DNA of 64,000 nucleotides, taken from positions 64,001 to 128,000 of the forward strand of contig CAVPZX010000001.1 in NCBI GenBank assembly GCA_963710375.1, written 5' to 3'. This DNA is from Nitrospirota bacterium. GTDB taxonomy: Bacteria; Nitrospirota; Thermodesulfovibrionia; Thermodesulfovibrionales; Dissulfurispiraceae. Position numbers and translations under genes: made by a program. Positions 41,833 through 51,942 of this stretch are shown here, piece after piece. Below the pieces are notes generated by a model that ran no database searches, was not told the origin of the DNA, and saw nothing but the letters and a program-made list of their open reading frames with translations. How positions within the stretch are numbered: the stretch's first letter is position 1; each line of letters starts with the position of its first letter.

Positions 41833-42735
41833 TCAGGAATCTAAAGAAATTGAACCTGCCTGAGTCCTGCGCGAACCGTTGACACCTGCTAGTGGAAAAT
41901 CCCGGAGATGAGCATCCAGCAGAGCACTTACTGCATCTCCGGATGCAAGTTTTATTTTTATTGTGCGGTAGATCAGCGCTGACGGCAATGAAACAATAAA
42001 TATATCGACCCACCCCAGCATGTATTCGCGGATTGCGAAGGTTACAGAGATATTGAAAACCAGAATTCCGGCAAAAAGCATGGGACCCACAAGGTATCTC
42101 CATGGATAATGATATCCAGTATAGTCAGAGGTACCGGTCCGGTATAGGTAATAATCGATTTTCTGCAAGGCCCAGATCATAAGGAAACCTACCACGACCC
42201 AGCCGGCGAAATTTGAGATGGGAACGCCGAAATATACTCCCCTCTCAGGGTACCCATAAATCTGTCCCAGAAACCACTTGTTGCCTACAAGTGCAACAGG
42301 ATCGATAATGATATCGAGGTAAACAAAGAGGATCGCCCCGAGTATTCTGACAGCAGGTGAATTTCTGATTTCCCTTGTTTCAAGAATATATAGCGTTTTC
42401 TTCAGGCGCATGACCGGAGCACTGACAAGGAGGGCCACGGAGTAACTTGCATACGCAAGGAATACATAGCTCATCGAATCTATCAGGGGTACTCCGAGCA
42501 CCCAGATTTCGCTGCCTTTTGTCTGCTCAATATAGAAGTAATATCCGTATGGAATGCCGTTGTGAATTGAGGAGTATTCCGACAGCCAGGCAATTCCGTA
42601 TCCTGCAACTGAGAAAAGCAGCGCTCTTTTTAATCCCAGGTGAAGCGAACAGCCCAGCATATAGATCAACAGGAACACAAATACGTACGGTCTCAACGCA
42701 ATTGTGTGCAGGACAAGCAGAAGAAAGTCTGCCAT
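41833..42735 (-). CDS. CruF-like carotenoid biosynthesis (hydratase family) membrane protein
   Basis: E..SIHNGIPYGYYFY, LGVPL, LDIIIDPVAL, YFGVPISNFAGW. Confidence 0.75.
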   Translation of the reverse strand: MADFLLLVLHTIALRPYVFVFLLIYMLGCSLHLGLKRALLFSVAGYGIAWLSEYSSIHNGIPYGYYFYIEQTKGSEIWVLGVPLIDSMSYVFLAYASYSVALLVSAPVMRLKKTLYILETREIRNSPAVRILGAILFVYLDIIIDPVALVGNKWFLGQIYGYPERGVYFGVPISNFAGWVVVGFLMIWALQKIDYYLYRTGTSDYTGYHYPWRYLVGPMLFAGILVFNISVTFAIREYMLGWVDIFIVSLPSALIYRTIKIKLASGDAVSALLDAHLRDFPLAGVNGSRRTQAGSISLDS

Positions 42736-43739
42736 CAGCTGCGCTTAAAGTTCCAGATTAATAATCTCAGGAGGTCTTTTGGGTTTGCGAAGGAGGTCCT
42801 CATGACAGTTGCTTCGTACCCGCTGTGTACCAGACAGTTTGCACATCTTGGGTCCTTGCCTGTGCCATACTTGTCCCAGGGGGTTTTCTCCATCATTTCC
42901 CTGAAGGTGGCATAATAGGTGTCGGTAATCAAATAGCAGGGCGATTTCCAGCCGAGGGGATTGCGTGTCGGGTTGCCCCATGGAGTGCATTGCATCTCCC
43001 TGCCGCCCTTCAGCAAGTCTACGTAGAGCGGAGAATTCATAAATGGGAATTTCTGGAAGAAGGACGCCATTTGATTGAATTTATCATGTATCTCATCTCT
43101 GTTGAGAAAGATATTGTTTTCTACGCTCTCATAGCTGAAAGCCGGGGCCATAAGCGTGCCGTCAACTTTGATATTGGTGAGGATTTCGAACAGGCGTTCA
43201 AGTTCTTTTACGTCGGAGTTTTTATAAACTGAAGTGTTTGTGCTTACTCTGAACCCACGCTGCTTTGCCTTTTTTATGGTTTCAATGGCCTTTCTGTAAG
43301 TCCCGCTTTTGTTGGTAATAGCATCATGGGTTTCTTCAAGTCCGTCCAGATGAATATTGATGGTGAGTCTGGAGCTTGGCTCGAACTCCTCAATAAAGGA
43401 TTCCGTAAGGAGGCCATTAGAGCAAAGGTACACATGTTTTTTCATCCTTAGAATTTCTCTGACGAGCGGTATAAGTTCCTTGTAAAGGAGAGGTTCTCCC
43501 CCTGTTACAGTGACCACAGGGGCATCTGACTCGGTAACAGCCCCGATGCATTGCTCAAGAGAAAGGTCAGGGGACTGCCGATCATCGTGCAGGCGTATCC
43601 TGTCACATCCGGCACAGGCGAGATTGCACCTGTGAGTAGGCTCAAGCATCAGCACCAGCGGAAAGCGCTTTCTTCCCGACCTGGCGTTCCTGACAAAAGA
43701 TTTAGTAAGCGATATGTATAAACTGACCGGAAAACGCAT
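42735..43739 (-). CDS. hpnH: Adenosyl-hopene transferase (radical SAM)
   Basis: KRFPLVLMLEP..RCNLACAGC, CTPWGNPTRN, PCYLI, CANCLVHSGYE; hopanoid gene context. Confidence 0.9.
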   Translation of the reverse strand: MRFPVSLYISLTKSFVRNARSGRKRFPLVLMLEPTHRCNLACAGCDRIRLHDDRQSPDLSLEQCIGAVTESDAPVVTVTGGEPLLYKELIPLVREILRMKKHVYLCSNGLLTESFIEEFEPSSRLTINIHLDGLEETHDAITNKSGTYRKAIETIKKAKQRGFRVSTNTSVYKNSDVKELERLFEILTNIKVDGTLMAPAFSYESVENNIFLNRDEIHDKFNQMASFFQKFPFMNSPLYVDLLKGGREMQCTPWGNPTRNPLGWKSPCYLITDTYYATFREMMEKTPWDKYGTGKDPRCANCLVHSGYEATVMRTSFANPKDLLRLLIWNFKRS

Positions 43740-43755
43740 AAATGTTTAACCCCCC

Positions 43756-43939
43756 AGGGCTCGCGAATAAATAACTTGCACATTGATGCATCTCAGATTT
43801 ATAGGCCATCTTTGCCTGATTCTCAGTCGCAAAATCCTCAACGTAGCCATGCTACGCCTGCGGTTTTGCTCAGTCGGACCAGCCAAATCTGACCTAAATC
43901 TGAGCGCCTGAATGCACAAGTTATTTATTTGCGAGCCCT
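43756..43939. mobile_element. MITE-like palindromic element (184 bp) overlapping the hpnA 3' end
   Basis: 29-bp terminal inverted repeat AGGGCTCGCGAATAAATAACTTGCACATT / AATGCACAAGTTATTTATTTGCGAGCCCT with 3 mismatches; nested internal stems CTCAGATTTA/TAAATCTGAG, GCAAAA/TTTTGC, CGTAGC/GCTACG. Confidence 0.75.
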
Positions 43940-44922
43940 ACATAATTATTTTCTTTGAACCACTCTATCGCCTGTTCCATGGCATGCTCAACAGGACTTT
44001 GAGGCATGTGCAGTTCCTTGACAGCCCTGGAGGCATCGAAGTACATATATTTTCTGGCCATTCTCACCCCTGAGAGCGGAATTCTCGGATGCCTATGGGT
44101 AAAAAGTGTTGAGATGGTTTCGTCGATGCAGGCTGCAAACAGTACCGGCAGATATGGGAGCCTGATTTTAGGAGGTCGGCGTCCGGTAATGCGGGCAAGG
44201 GATTCGAAGAATTCCCTGAGAGTGATATTTCTGTTTCCCAATATGTAAGATTGTCCGGTCATTCCTCTTTCTGATGCGAGCCAGTGGCCCGCAGCTACAT
44301 CCCCGACATCGACGAAGTTTAGTCCTGTGTCCAGGAATGCCGGTATCCTGCCGTTGAGGAAGTCAACAATAGTCTGTCCGGTTGGGGTGGGTTTCCTGTC
44401 CTGGGGACCTATAGGGGTAGAAGGATACACAATGACTGCCGGAACTCCTTTACCGATGAATGAAAGCACCTCATTCTCGGCGATAAACTTGGACCGTTTG
44501 TAATGGCCGACCATTTCATTTATGGTCGCCCGGCTTTCCTCATTCGAAACCTTCCCGTTTGATGATGCAGCCAGTACTCCCACTGAGCTTGTATAGATTA
44601 CCTTCTCAACGCCGAGTTTAAGCGCAGCCTCCATGCAATTTCGCGTGCCGTCAACATTGATAGAGTACATAGTTGCGGGATCGGGGACCCAAAGCCGGTA
44701 ATCTGCAGCCAGGTGGTATAATTGCCGGCATCCACCGAGTGCCCGGCAGATAGATTCAAAGTCCCTGATATCTCCGGCGACCGGCTCAATGTCCAAGGCT
44801 TTCAGAGCGGTTGCATCGCTTTGTCCCCTTACCAGCGCCCTTACCTGAATTCCTTTTTCTGTTAAAAAACGGGCGACATGAAAACCGATAAAACCGGTAG
44901 CGCCGGTAACAAGAACCCTCAC
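43921..44922 (-). CDS. hpnA: Hopanoid-associated NAD-dependent epimerase/dehydratase
   Basis: TGATGFIG, HLAADYRLW, YKRSK, KPTPTG. Confidence 0.9.
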   Translation of the reverse strand: MRVLVTGATGFIGFHVARFLTEKGIQVRALVRGQSDATALKALDIEPVAGDIRDFESICRALGGCRQLYHLAADYRLWVPDPATMYSINVDGTRNCMEAALKLGVEKVIYTSSVGVLAASSNGKVSNEESRATINEMVGHYKRSKFIAENEVLSFIGKGVPAVIVYPSTPIGPQDRKPTPTGQTIVDFLNGRIPAFLDTGLNFVDVGDVAAGHWLASERGMTGQSYILGNRNITLREFFESLARITGRRPPKIRLPYLPVLFAACIDETISTLFTHRHPRIPLSGVRMARKYMYFDASRAVKELHMPQSPVEHAMEQAIEWFKENNYVGLANK

Positions 44923-46907
44923 TACTTTCCGGCTCCTTTGTCCTCGATCAGCTTGTTAAACTTGCCAAGCGCCATTAGAGGGAAACAGTTGCGGTAATTG
45001 TGATACCTGATCATGAAGTATTTCGGAAATCCGGTACCGGTGAAGAACTCCTCTTCCCAGGTGCCATCCGGCTGCTGTTTATTGAGGAGGTACCTTATGC
45101 CGTTATGCACTTCCTCGCTGGTACCTTCACCTGCTGCGATCAACGCCAGGATAGCCCACGCTGTCTGTGAAGGGGTGCTCCACCCCTCGCATTTCAAGTG
45201 CGCCTGATCATACGAATCACAACACTCTCCCCAGCCGCCGTCAATCTTCTGATGGCTTTTAAACCACCTTACTGCTTTTTGCACATAAGGTTTTGACATG
45301 TCTTCCCCGATTGAGCCCAGGCCGACAAGTACCGAACTGGATCCATAGATGTAATTTACTCCCCATCTGCCCCACCACGTCCCGTCCTCTTCCTGATTCT
45401 TTTTCAGGAACCGTATAGCCTTGCGCACAATATCGTGTGATGGCGCAAACCCGATTAATCCGAGGAGTTCAAGAACTCTTCCGGTTATATCCGGCGTGCT
45501 GGGATCGATCATAGCCTCGAGATCTCCGAACGGCAGTTGGTTTAATATCCTCAGGTCATTGTTCACATCAAAGGCGCCCCATCCACCATCCTTTCCGCGC
45601 ATTCCAAGTGTCCACCGGAGGCCGCATTGCAAGCTTTCAGGTGTAACAAATGAACGATCAGCATACCTGTTCAAAAGCATCAGCACAACGGCGGTATCAT
45701 CCACATCCGGGTACCAGTCATTGTCAAATTCAAATGCCCATCCACCAGGCTGAAGATCAGGCCTCTTGACACTCCAATCGCCCTTGCAGAATACCTGCTT
45801 CGAGACAAGCCACTTGCAGGCAGAGTTAATGGCAGGATGGTCCCTGTCCATACCCGAATACAGCAGTGCGAGCGCGCTCAATGCCGTGTCCCATACAGGA
45901 GATATGCATGACTGGAGGATCATCTCATCTTCCTTTTCCAATGTAAAGTTTTCGAGGGCCTCGAGTCCTTTTTTGATCGGTTCATATGCTAAGCCATAGC
46001 CAAGTGCCGAAAGCGCGAGTATCGAGTTGACCATTGCCGGCTGGATTCCTCCCCAGTCGCCGCTCGGCTCCTGATGTTCATGTACCCATTGTTCTGTTTT
46101 TTTCAGTGCCTTTTCCCTCAGCGGTCTTACCGGCAGGTCCTCACCCGCTTTTATCAGTTGGTCAAGGATGATAAAAAAACGTTTCCAGGATAAGGGTGAT
46201 AGTTTTTGCGTCGTAACCGGCGGTATCTTGCCGGGTTCTTTATAAAGTTCACGCACGCCTGCTTTGTTCGGCAAGGGGCGTGATGGCTTTCGGTCGAGCA
46301 CTGCAGAGAGCGGTACAAGTGTAGATCTCGCCCAGCTCGAAAAATTGTAAATATTTATGGGAAACCATGAAGGCAAAAGATTTATCTCCACCGGAATAGA
46401 TGGAATCGCCTTCCAGTCGAACTCTCCAAAAAGGGCGAGGAATATTTTCGTGAAAACTCTCGATGCCTCAATGCCCCCTGATTCAAGGATGAAAGCCCTG
46501 GCTTTTCTCAATGGAAGTTCATCAGCTGAAAAGCCGGCAAGTTTCAGCGCGAAGTAGGCCTCGACTGTTGTGCTGAGATCTCCACTCCCGCCCCAGTGTA
46601 TTGCCCAGGTGCCGTCGATCCTCTGGTTCTTTAATATGTGTTGTGCTATTTTTTTATCTCTGGCCGCATCTTTTAAGCCAAGGAAATGAAGTAGCATCAG
46701 ATATTCGGCGGTAATGGTAACATTCGATTCCAGTTCGTACAGCCAGTACCCGTCTTTATGCTGGTCCTCTATATAATATGCATGAGTTTTCCGTATGGCT
46801 TCGCGTATCCTTTCAGCCAGTCTTTTGGAAGTTAAAACCGGAAGTTTTTCCTTCTCTGGTTTCGCAGGCAGTGACCTGAATTGAAGCCGTGATAATGTAC
46901 CGCTCAT
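44922..46907 (-). CDS. shc: Squalene-hopene cyclase
   Basis: YPDVDDTA catalytic motif; QW repeats (QEEDGTWWGRWG, QKIDGGWGE); SPVWDT; TGTGFP. Confidence 0.97.
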   Translation of the reverse strand: MSGTLSRLQFRSLPAKPEKEKLPVLTSKRLAERIREAIRKTHAYYIEDQHKDGYWLYELESNVTITAEYLMLLHFLGLKDAARDKKIAQHILKNQRIDGTWAIHWGGSGDLSTTVEAYFALKLAGFSADELPLRKARAFILESGGIEASRVFTKIFLALFGEFDWKAIPSIPVEINLLPSWFPINIYNFSSWARSTLVPLSAVLDRKPSRPLPNKAGVRELYKEPGKIPPVTTQKLSPLSWKRFFIILDQLIKAGEDLPVRPLREKALKKTEQWVHEHQEPSGDWGGIQPAMVNSILALSALGYGLAYEPIKKGLEALENFTLEKEDEMILQSCISPVWDTALSALALLYSGMDRDHPAINSACKWLVSKQVFCKGDWSVKRPDLQPGGWAFEFDNDWYPDVDDTAVVLMLLNRYADRSFVTPESLQCGLRWTLGMRGKDGGWGAFDVNNDLRILNQLPFGDLEAMIDPSTPDITGRVLELLGLIGFAPSHDIVRKAIRFLKKNQEEDGTWWGRWGVNYIYGSSSVLVGLGSIGEDMSKPYVQKAVRWFKSHQKIDGGWGECCDSYDQAHLKCEGWSTPSQTAWAILALIAAGEGTSEEVHNGIRYLLNKQQPDGTWEEEFFTGTGFPKYFMIRYHNYRNCFPLMALGKFNKLIEDKGAGK

Positions 46908-47368
46908 AAGGAGTTCCTTCCCTTTGCGGAACAGTGTATTCCGCTTTCGTTTATGCCCTGGTGATACACGGTCATCCCGTTATCTTCAGATCGCTGCCGG
47001 CCATCTAGCGCCACGAGAATAATGCCCAGAGTGATTACAACAGTCCCGGCCCAGCGAAACCAGGACAGTTCCTCCCTCAGCACAAATTTGGCAAGCATTG
47101 CGGCAAAAATATATGACATAGCTGTTAAAGGCATTACAAAGCTGAGATCGGCCCACGAGAGGGCGGCGAGGTAGAGGAAGAAAAAACAGGCGAGGAAGAC
47201 CACCCCGGCTAACACATATGGGTTTCGGACCACAGACAGTATCAGTTGCCCCCACTGGGAAGGGATGGCAAGGTTTATCTGCCCATTCCTCTTCATTCCG
47301 TAGCTTAATAAGGTTTCACCTATTGCGGCACTCAAGGTCGCCAATAATATCACGATAAATGTTTTCAC
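46904..47368 (-). CDS. EamA/DMT family membrane transporter
   Basis: Four hydrophobic segments; ALSWADLSFVMPL; RWAG. Confidence 0.8.
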   Translation of the reverse strand: MKTFIVILLATLSAAIGETLLSYGMKRNGQINLAIPSQWGQLILSVVRNPYVLAGVVFLACFFFLYLAALSWADLSFVMPLTAMSYIFAAMLAKFVLREELSWFRWAGTVVITLGIILVALDGRQRSEDNGMTVYHQGINESGIHCSAKGRNSL

Positions 47369-48336
47369 TGCATCTCCTTTTTGATGTTAAAAATTTTTTT
47401 CGGTGCGGTGAAATCCTTGTACCCGACCGGCAATTTATGTAATTCTTTTATAAGATTACGCACACTGGGGGAGACTAACGCTGCAAGTTCACGTCAACCG
47501 GCAGGTGTTGCAGTATCCGGGTGAGTGAATATTTCACTTATCTCTGTACCGGCAAGCTCCAGAATATCAAGGAAAAACTGCTCATCAATGTTTCCGCTGC
47601 TTGAAAGACCGCAAACACGGTCCGCACTTAACATCCCGTATTTACGGGCTGTCCCGGAGTTGTATTTTCCGAGCATACCGAAGACCGCCCATTCGACAAA
47701 AGGCAGGGACCCGCGCGACGGAGAGCGGAATGTCTTAACCATTGAAAGCGGCTCATTGGGGAGCCTGACCCAGCAAATGTCTCTCCGGAATGCCTGACGG
47801 CAAAGCACTTCGAAAATAACCGGGTGCATATGAAGATGATGATGGCCGTCCACATGGTGAGGGCGGATACCGGCCCTCTCAAGGCGCTCGAACTGAGCCG
47901 CCACTTCAGCCTCGATCTGTGCGAGGAGGCCTGGTCTCGTATAGTGCAGCCCGGCACGAAAAGGATCTTTTATGAAGTTGCCGTCATGATCTGTAATATC
48001 CGGTATAGACGCATGGGGCAACACAGCTTTGCCGTCGCAAAGTGTTAAGTGCAGCCCTATTGAGAGCCGGCTGCGGTCAAGAGCGGTCTGCACCGCGTCA
48101 TCAAAAGCCTCTCCCCCTGCCATAATGCTTGCGGCAGTAAGTATCCCCTTATCATGGGCTTCGGCGATAGCCCGGTTGACTGACGCCGATTTGCCCATAT
48201 CGTCGGCAACAATAACCACACAGCCTTTACCCTTGAAATTCAAATCGGAACGTGTCTCCTGACGGGCCTGGTATCGGGAACCGGCTGCGCCGTCAAACCC
48301 GCCATAAGAAGGGGGGTTCAGTAATAGGGTACGCAT
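47365..48336 (-). pseudogene. hpnK: HpnK/YdjC-family deacetylase with an HpnJ-like N-terminal stub and an internal TGA
   Basis: ATG 48336 (RBS AGAGGAG) gives MRTLLLNPPSYGGFDGAAGSRY, then YdjC motifs ADDMG, GLHLTL, HVDGHHHLH, HP. The TGA at 47494-47496 is followed in frame by RELAALVSPSVR..GYKDF to a stop overlapping the next GTG start. Confidence 0.75.
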
Positions 48337-48468
48337 TTTTCTCCTCTTGTTTGAGAGCATCTTTACAAAAAAAGTTAGATGGAAATTTTTTAATAAGTGC
48401 AATATATCCTAATGACTTAAGACTAATAATTTATTATAGTATACTGTTTTTTTGCAAGTTTAAGAAGC

Positions 48469-51132
48469 CTACTTGTTAATTTGTTGGTCTGGAGCGGGTC
48501 GGCGCTTTGAAAGTTGAAGTAAAGCCGGCAGTAAGACAAGCGTTCCGGCTATGACAAAACATAGACATATGCTAAGCAATTTACCCATACTCGCAATCCC
48601 GCGGTGAAGTGAGAAAGAGAGACTGCCGGTACTGATGAGCAGCGTAAACGAACTGAACAGTATAGCACGGGCCGTGCTTGTTTTAAGCATATTGCCATGC
48701 AGCGGAGGTTCTGTTTGAGCACGGAGCATGAAAATAATGCCGCTGTGGACGCCGATGCCCAACAAGACCGGCACTACAATAACGTTGGCGAAATTCAGGG
48801 GGATGTGCAGCAAAACAGATGCCGCGGCAGTCATCAGCATTGCCAGCAAAAGTGGAGTAAGAATAAGTCCAGTAACAAAAATGTCCCTTAATTCAACCAT
48901 GAGGAATATGGTAATGACTATTATTGCCGAGACAGTGGCCTGCTGAAATGATGTAATAACAGCCCTGCCAGATTCTTGGATGGTGATCGGCGAATCGGTA
49001 GCGTCCGGTGTTACAGAGTACACGGCCTTAACGAAGCGTTTGAGCGGGCCCGGCTTCATAATATCTTCGCCCGGGAATACCTGGACGCGATAGCGCCCGT
49101 CCGGTGATACATACTGGTTTAACAGTTGGCTGGGCAGACTGGATTCCGTAACAGCTGTCGCTTTCATTGATTCCGCAAGCATATCGAATAACGCCGGAAG
49201 ACCGGACAGCATGCTGGTTTCCAGCTCTGAAAAAGCCATCGCGCCCTGCTCCCTGCCGGTATGGCGCTGCGTGAAACGCTGTATTGATTCATAGAGACGA
49301 CGGCTTGATGCAAGCGGTGATTTCTCCAGTGTTTTTTCAAGGCGTTTAAGGGCAGACATATTCTGATCATAACTGAGGTGTCTCACTTTTGCATTAGCCA
49401 GGTTTGGCGGCATGAAAAGGGAGGCGTCCGAAATGATGCTTAGCTTTTCGGTCTGGTGGTCAGGTATGAAGTCTGAGATGGAGATGACCATCTTTACTTC
49501 TTTAAGACGCCTCAATTTTTCGGCGAGGGCATGCGCTGACGCCTTTCCCCGTACGAGTATCGAAGCGGTCCATGGCTGTGTGTTGACATCATTGCAAAGC
49601 TCGCGGACAGTAATTACGCATTCAGAAGATTCCTGGTAAAGATCCAGGGGGTTATAGTCAAAAAAAACTTTAGGCGCTATCACGATCGAAAGTGCTCCAA
49701 GAACAACGGCTGCACCGGCTATGGGCGCCGGATAGCGGTAGGGGAGGGAGACAAGAGTTTCCATGAATGATGATAAGGGACGCTTTTCTTTTTTCCGCAC
49801 CGGGGCAATAGTCAGTAACGCGGGCAGCAGTGTAAGCGTTGCAAAAAGGCTGATAAACATCCCGGTCCCGGATATGAGGCCGAGCTCGGCGACGCCGGAA
49901 TAAGCAGTCGGCACAAATGAATAAAAGCCGACGGCAATGGTTATGCAGCTCAGCATAAGGCTTTTGCCCACACCCCTGGCAGCAGCTATAATGCCTTCCC
50001 GGTCCCCGTATCCGGAATCGACCAGCTCCTTGTACCTGAGGCAGAACTGGATGCAGTAATCTATTCCGAGGCCGATGAACAATACTGCAAAGGTAATGGA
50101 TATCAGGTTAAGACTGCCGATTGCGAGGATGGCAAAACCGGTTGTCCATATAAGCCCTGTCAGCAGAGTTGCAAGGCTTGACGCCACGAGGCGTCCGGAG
50201 CCCCCAAGGCCCACATATAAGATAATGCCTACCAAAATAAGCGAGACTATTGTTGCAGCGCCTGTGCTGTTTCTCACTTCATCCATGTTCTCCTGGGCCA
50301 GCGCAGTATCACCGGTAATGTGCACAGTGACGCCGTGGGCCTCATCGATTCCGAGCTGCCGGGCTATACCATGTACCGCTTTCAGGGCTTTCTCACCTGG
50401 AGAGAATTCCGATGCCTTAAAGACCGGCTGCGTTATGATAAACTGCCGGCGCTGGGCAGCGGTTTCCTTACTGCCGAGCATCATCTCCTCCCATGATATT
50501 TGGCGGGGCTTTCCGGCATTGATGCTGTCAAATGCGTCGGTCACCCGGTCAAGCAGTTTGTTCACAGTGCCGCCTTGAGCACCGCCTAACTCCTTTCGTG
50601 TCAAGGCCATTTCCAGTATAGAGAAAAGTCCGCGTGAACTGAGGTCCTGCGACAGGAATGCCAGAAACGGTTGCGCCCCGGCAAGCTTATCAGAAAGTTG
50701 TCCCAGTTCTGCGCTGCTCAGGTAGAGGAGACCGTTTCTTTCAAAAAACTCTCCCCCTCCAGGCTCATAAACGTTTATGAAGAGAGTATGTTCTTTCCTT
50801 AACTCTGAGGCAAGACGATTCCTCGCCCACATTGCATGTTCCGGTGTATCTGCATCGAGCACAATAACAATTGTATTGGAGAGTTGTGGGAAGGACTTGT
50901 CAAAATCCATTTGCAGTTTACGGAAGTGCAGTTTATTTGAAATCATACTATTGAAGTCGGTATTAATTCTAAAATTCCGCACGGAATAAAAGAGCACTCC
51001 GGCAGTGGCAGCTATAACAATGGCTATGACCGGAAATGCGTTGCGCTGCATGAGGGCGGCCCACCACACTATAATGCGCGTTGAACGTCGAGCGCCGGGT
51101 ACCGGGCGCTCAGCACATTTGTCCCTGCTCAT
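48469..51132 (-). CDS. hpnN: Hopanoid-associated RND/MMPL transporter
   Basis: FFERNGLLYL, FAVLFIGLGIDY, GVAELGLISGTGM, PLNFANVIVVP; hopanoid gene context. Confidence 0.88.
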   Translation of the reverse strand: MSRDKCAERPVPGARRSTRIIVWWAALMQRNAFPVIAIVIAATAGVLFYSVRNFRINTDFNSMISNKLHFRKLQMDFDKSFPQLSNTIVIVLDADTPEHAMWARNRLASELRKEHTLFINVYEPGGGEFFERNGLLYLSSAELGQLSDKLAGAQPFLAFLSQDLSSRGLFSILEMALTRKELGGAQGGTVNKLLDRVTDAFDSINAGKPRQISWEEMMLGSKETAAQRRQFIITQPVFKASEFSPGEKALKAVHGIARQLGIDEAHGVTVHITGDTALAQENMDEVRNSTGAATIVSLILVGIILYVGLGGSGRLVASSLATLLTGLIWTTGFAILAIGSLNLISITFAVLFIGLGIDYCIQFCLRYKELVDSGYGDREGIIAAARGVGKSLMLSCITIAVGFYSFVPTAYSGVAELGLISGTGMFISLFATLTLLPALLTIAPVRKKEKRPLSSFMETLVSLPYRYPAPIAGAAVVLGALSIVIAPKVFFDYNPLDLYQESSECVITVRELCNDVNTQPWTASILVRGKASAHALAEKLRRLKEVKMVISISDFIPDHQTEKLSIISDASLFMPPNLANAKVRHLSYDQNMSALKRLEKTLEKSPLASSRRLYESIQRFTQRHTGREQGAMAFSELETSMLSGLPALFDMLAESMKATAVTESSLPSQLLNQYVSPDGRYRVQVFPGEDIMKPGPLKRFVKAVYSVTPDATDSPITIQESGRAVITSFQQATVSAIIVITIFLMVELRDIFVTGLILTPLLLAMLMTAAASVLLHIPLNFANVIVVPVLLGIGVHSGIIFMLRAQTEPPLHGNMLKTSTARAILFSSFTLLISTGSLSFSLHRGIASMGKLLSICLCFVIAGTLVLLPALLQLSKRRPAPDQQINK

Positions 51133-51209
51133 TAACTCACCAGTATTTCAAAAAGAATTTTTTTAAAGTATAATTTATAATAATAACATAACGCTGAACT
51201 GGGGGGTCG

Positions 51210-51875
51210 ATGCCATACGCTGAACGTACAAAGCTGTGCACACAACGCTCACTTGCTGCGCGGTTTGCGGGGTTTATTCTTTTGGTAGCTTTTTCCTGCA
51301 CTGCAGTATGTTATTCTTTTGCAGCCGCAGAGCCTCCGGTACCGGCAGAGGTCATTAAGGGATTCAATGCTGTACTTCTGGAATCCATGAAGAGGGCTGG
51401 TGAACTCGGCTATGCCGGACGCTATAAGCTCATGGAGCCGGTCATTACAGAGGCTTTTGCCATTCCCTTTATGGGGAGAGCTACTGTAGGCAGCAACTGG
51501 AAGACCTTTAATGATAAACAGAAGCAAACTTTTCTGGAGACTTACACTGAATGGACAATTGCATCGTATGCGGGGCAATTTAATGGTTATTCGGGAGAGA
51601 GTTTTGAAATAGTTTCAGAATCAAAACCTGTCAGTGGCGTTGTGACTGTTGTCAGCAAGCTCATTCAGTCTAATGACGAGCACGTCGATTTCTACTACCA
51701 GCTGCGGAAGGTCGATGGCTTATGGCGCATTGTGGATATAAAAATTTTGGGCGTGAGCCAGCTTGCTCTGACACGGGTACAGTTTGTAAGTATAATTAAA
51801 ACCAAAGGGTTTGATGCCTTGATCGCTATGCTTAAAAATAAAACCGACAATTTCTCCAGGAGAGCGGAAAAATAG
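51210..51875 (+). CDS. MlaC/Ttg2D-family lipid-binding protein (HpnM-like)
   Basis: Signal peptide; YA.QFNGYSGESF; WRIVDIKILGVSQLALTR. Confidence 0.82.
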   Translation: MPYAERTKLCTQRSLAARFAGFILLVAFSCTAVCYSFAAAEPPVPAEVIKGFNAVLLESMKRAGELGYAGRYKLMEPVITEAFAIPFMGRATVGSNWKTFNDKQKQTFLETYTEWTIASYAGQFNGYSGESFEIVSESKPVSGVVTVVSKLIQSNDEHVDFYYQLRKVDGLWRIVDIKILGVSQLALTRVQFVSIIKTKGFDALIAMLKNKTDNFSRRAEK

Positions 51876-51942
51876 GGTTGCGGATTGCCTGACGTTGCCT
51901 ACGAGTAAAAATTAAAATTGTGGAATTAGGGGAGGAATAACT

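Noticed and set aside
47494..47496. Selenocysteine recoding of the hpnK TGA
   Set aside because: The position is not a catalytic Cys site in YdjC-family proteins and no SECIS-like hairpin was evident; a nonsense change or base error is simpler.
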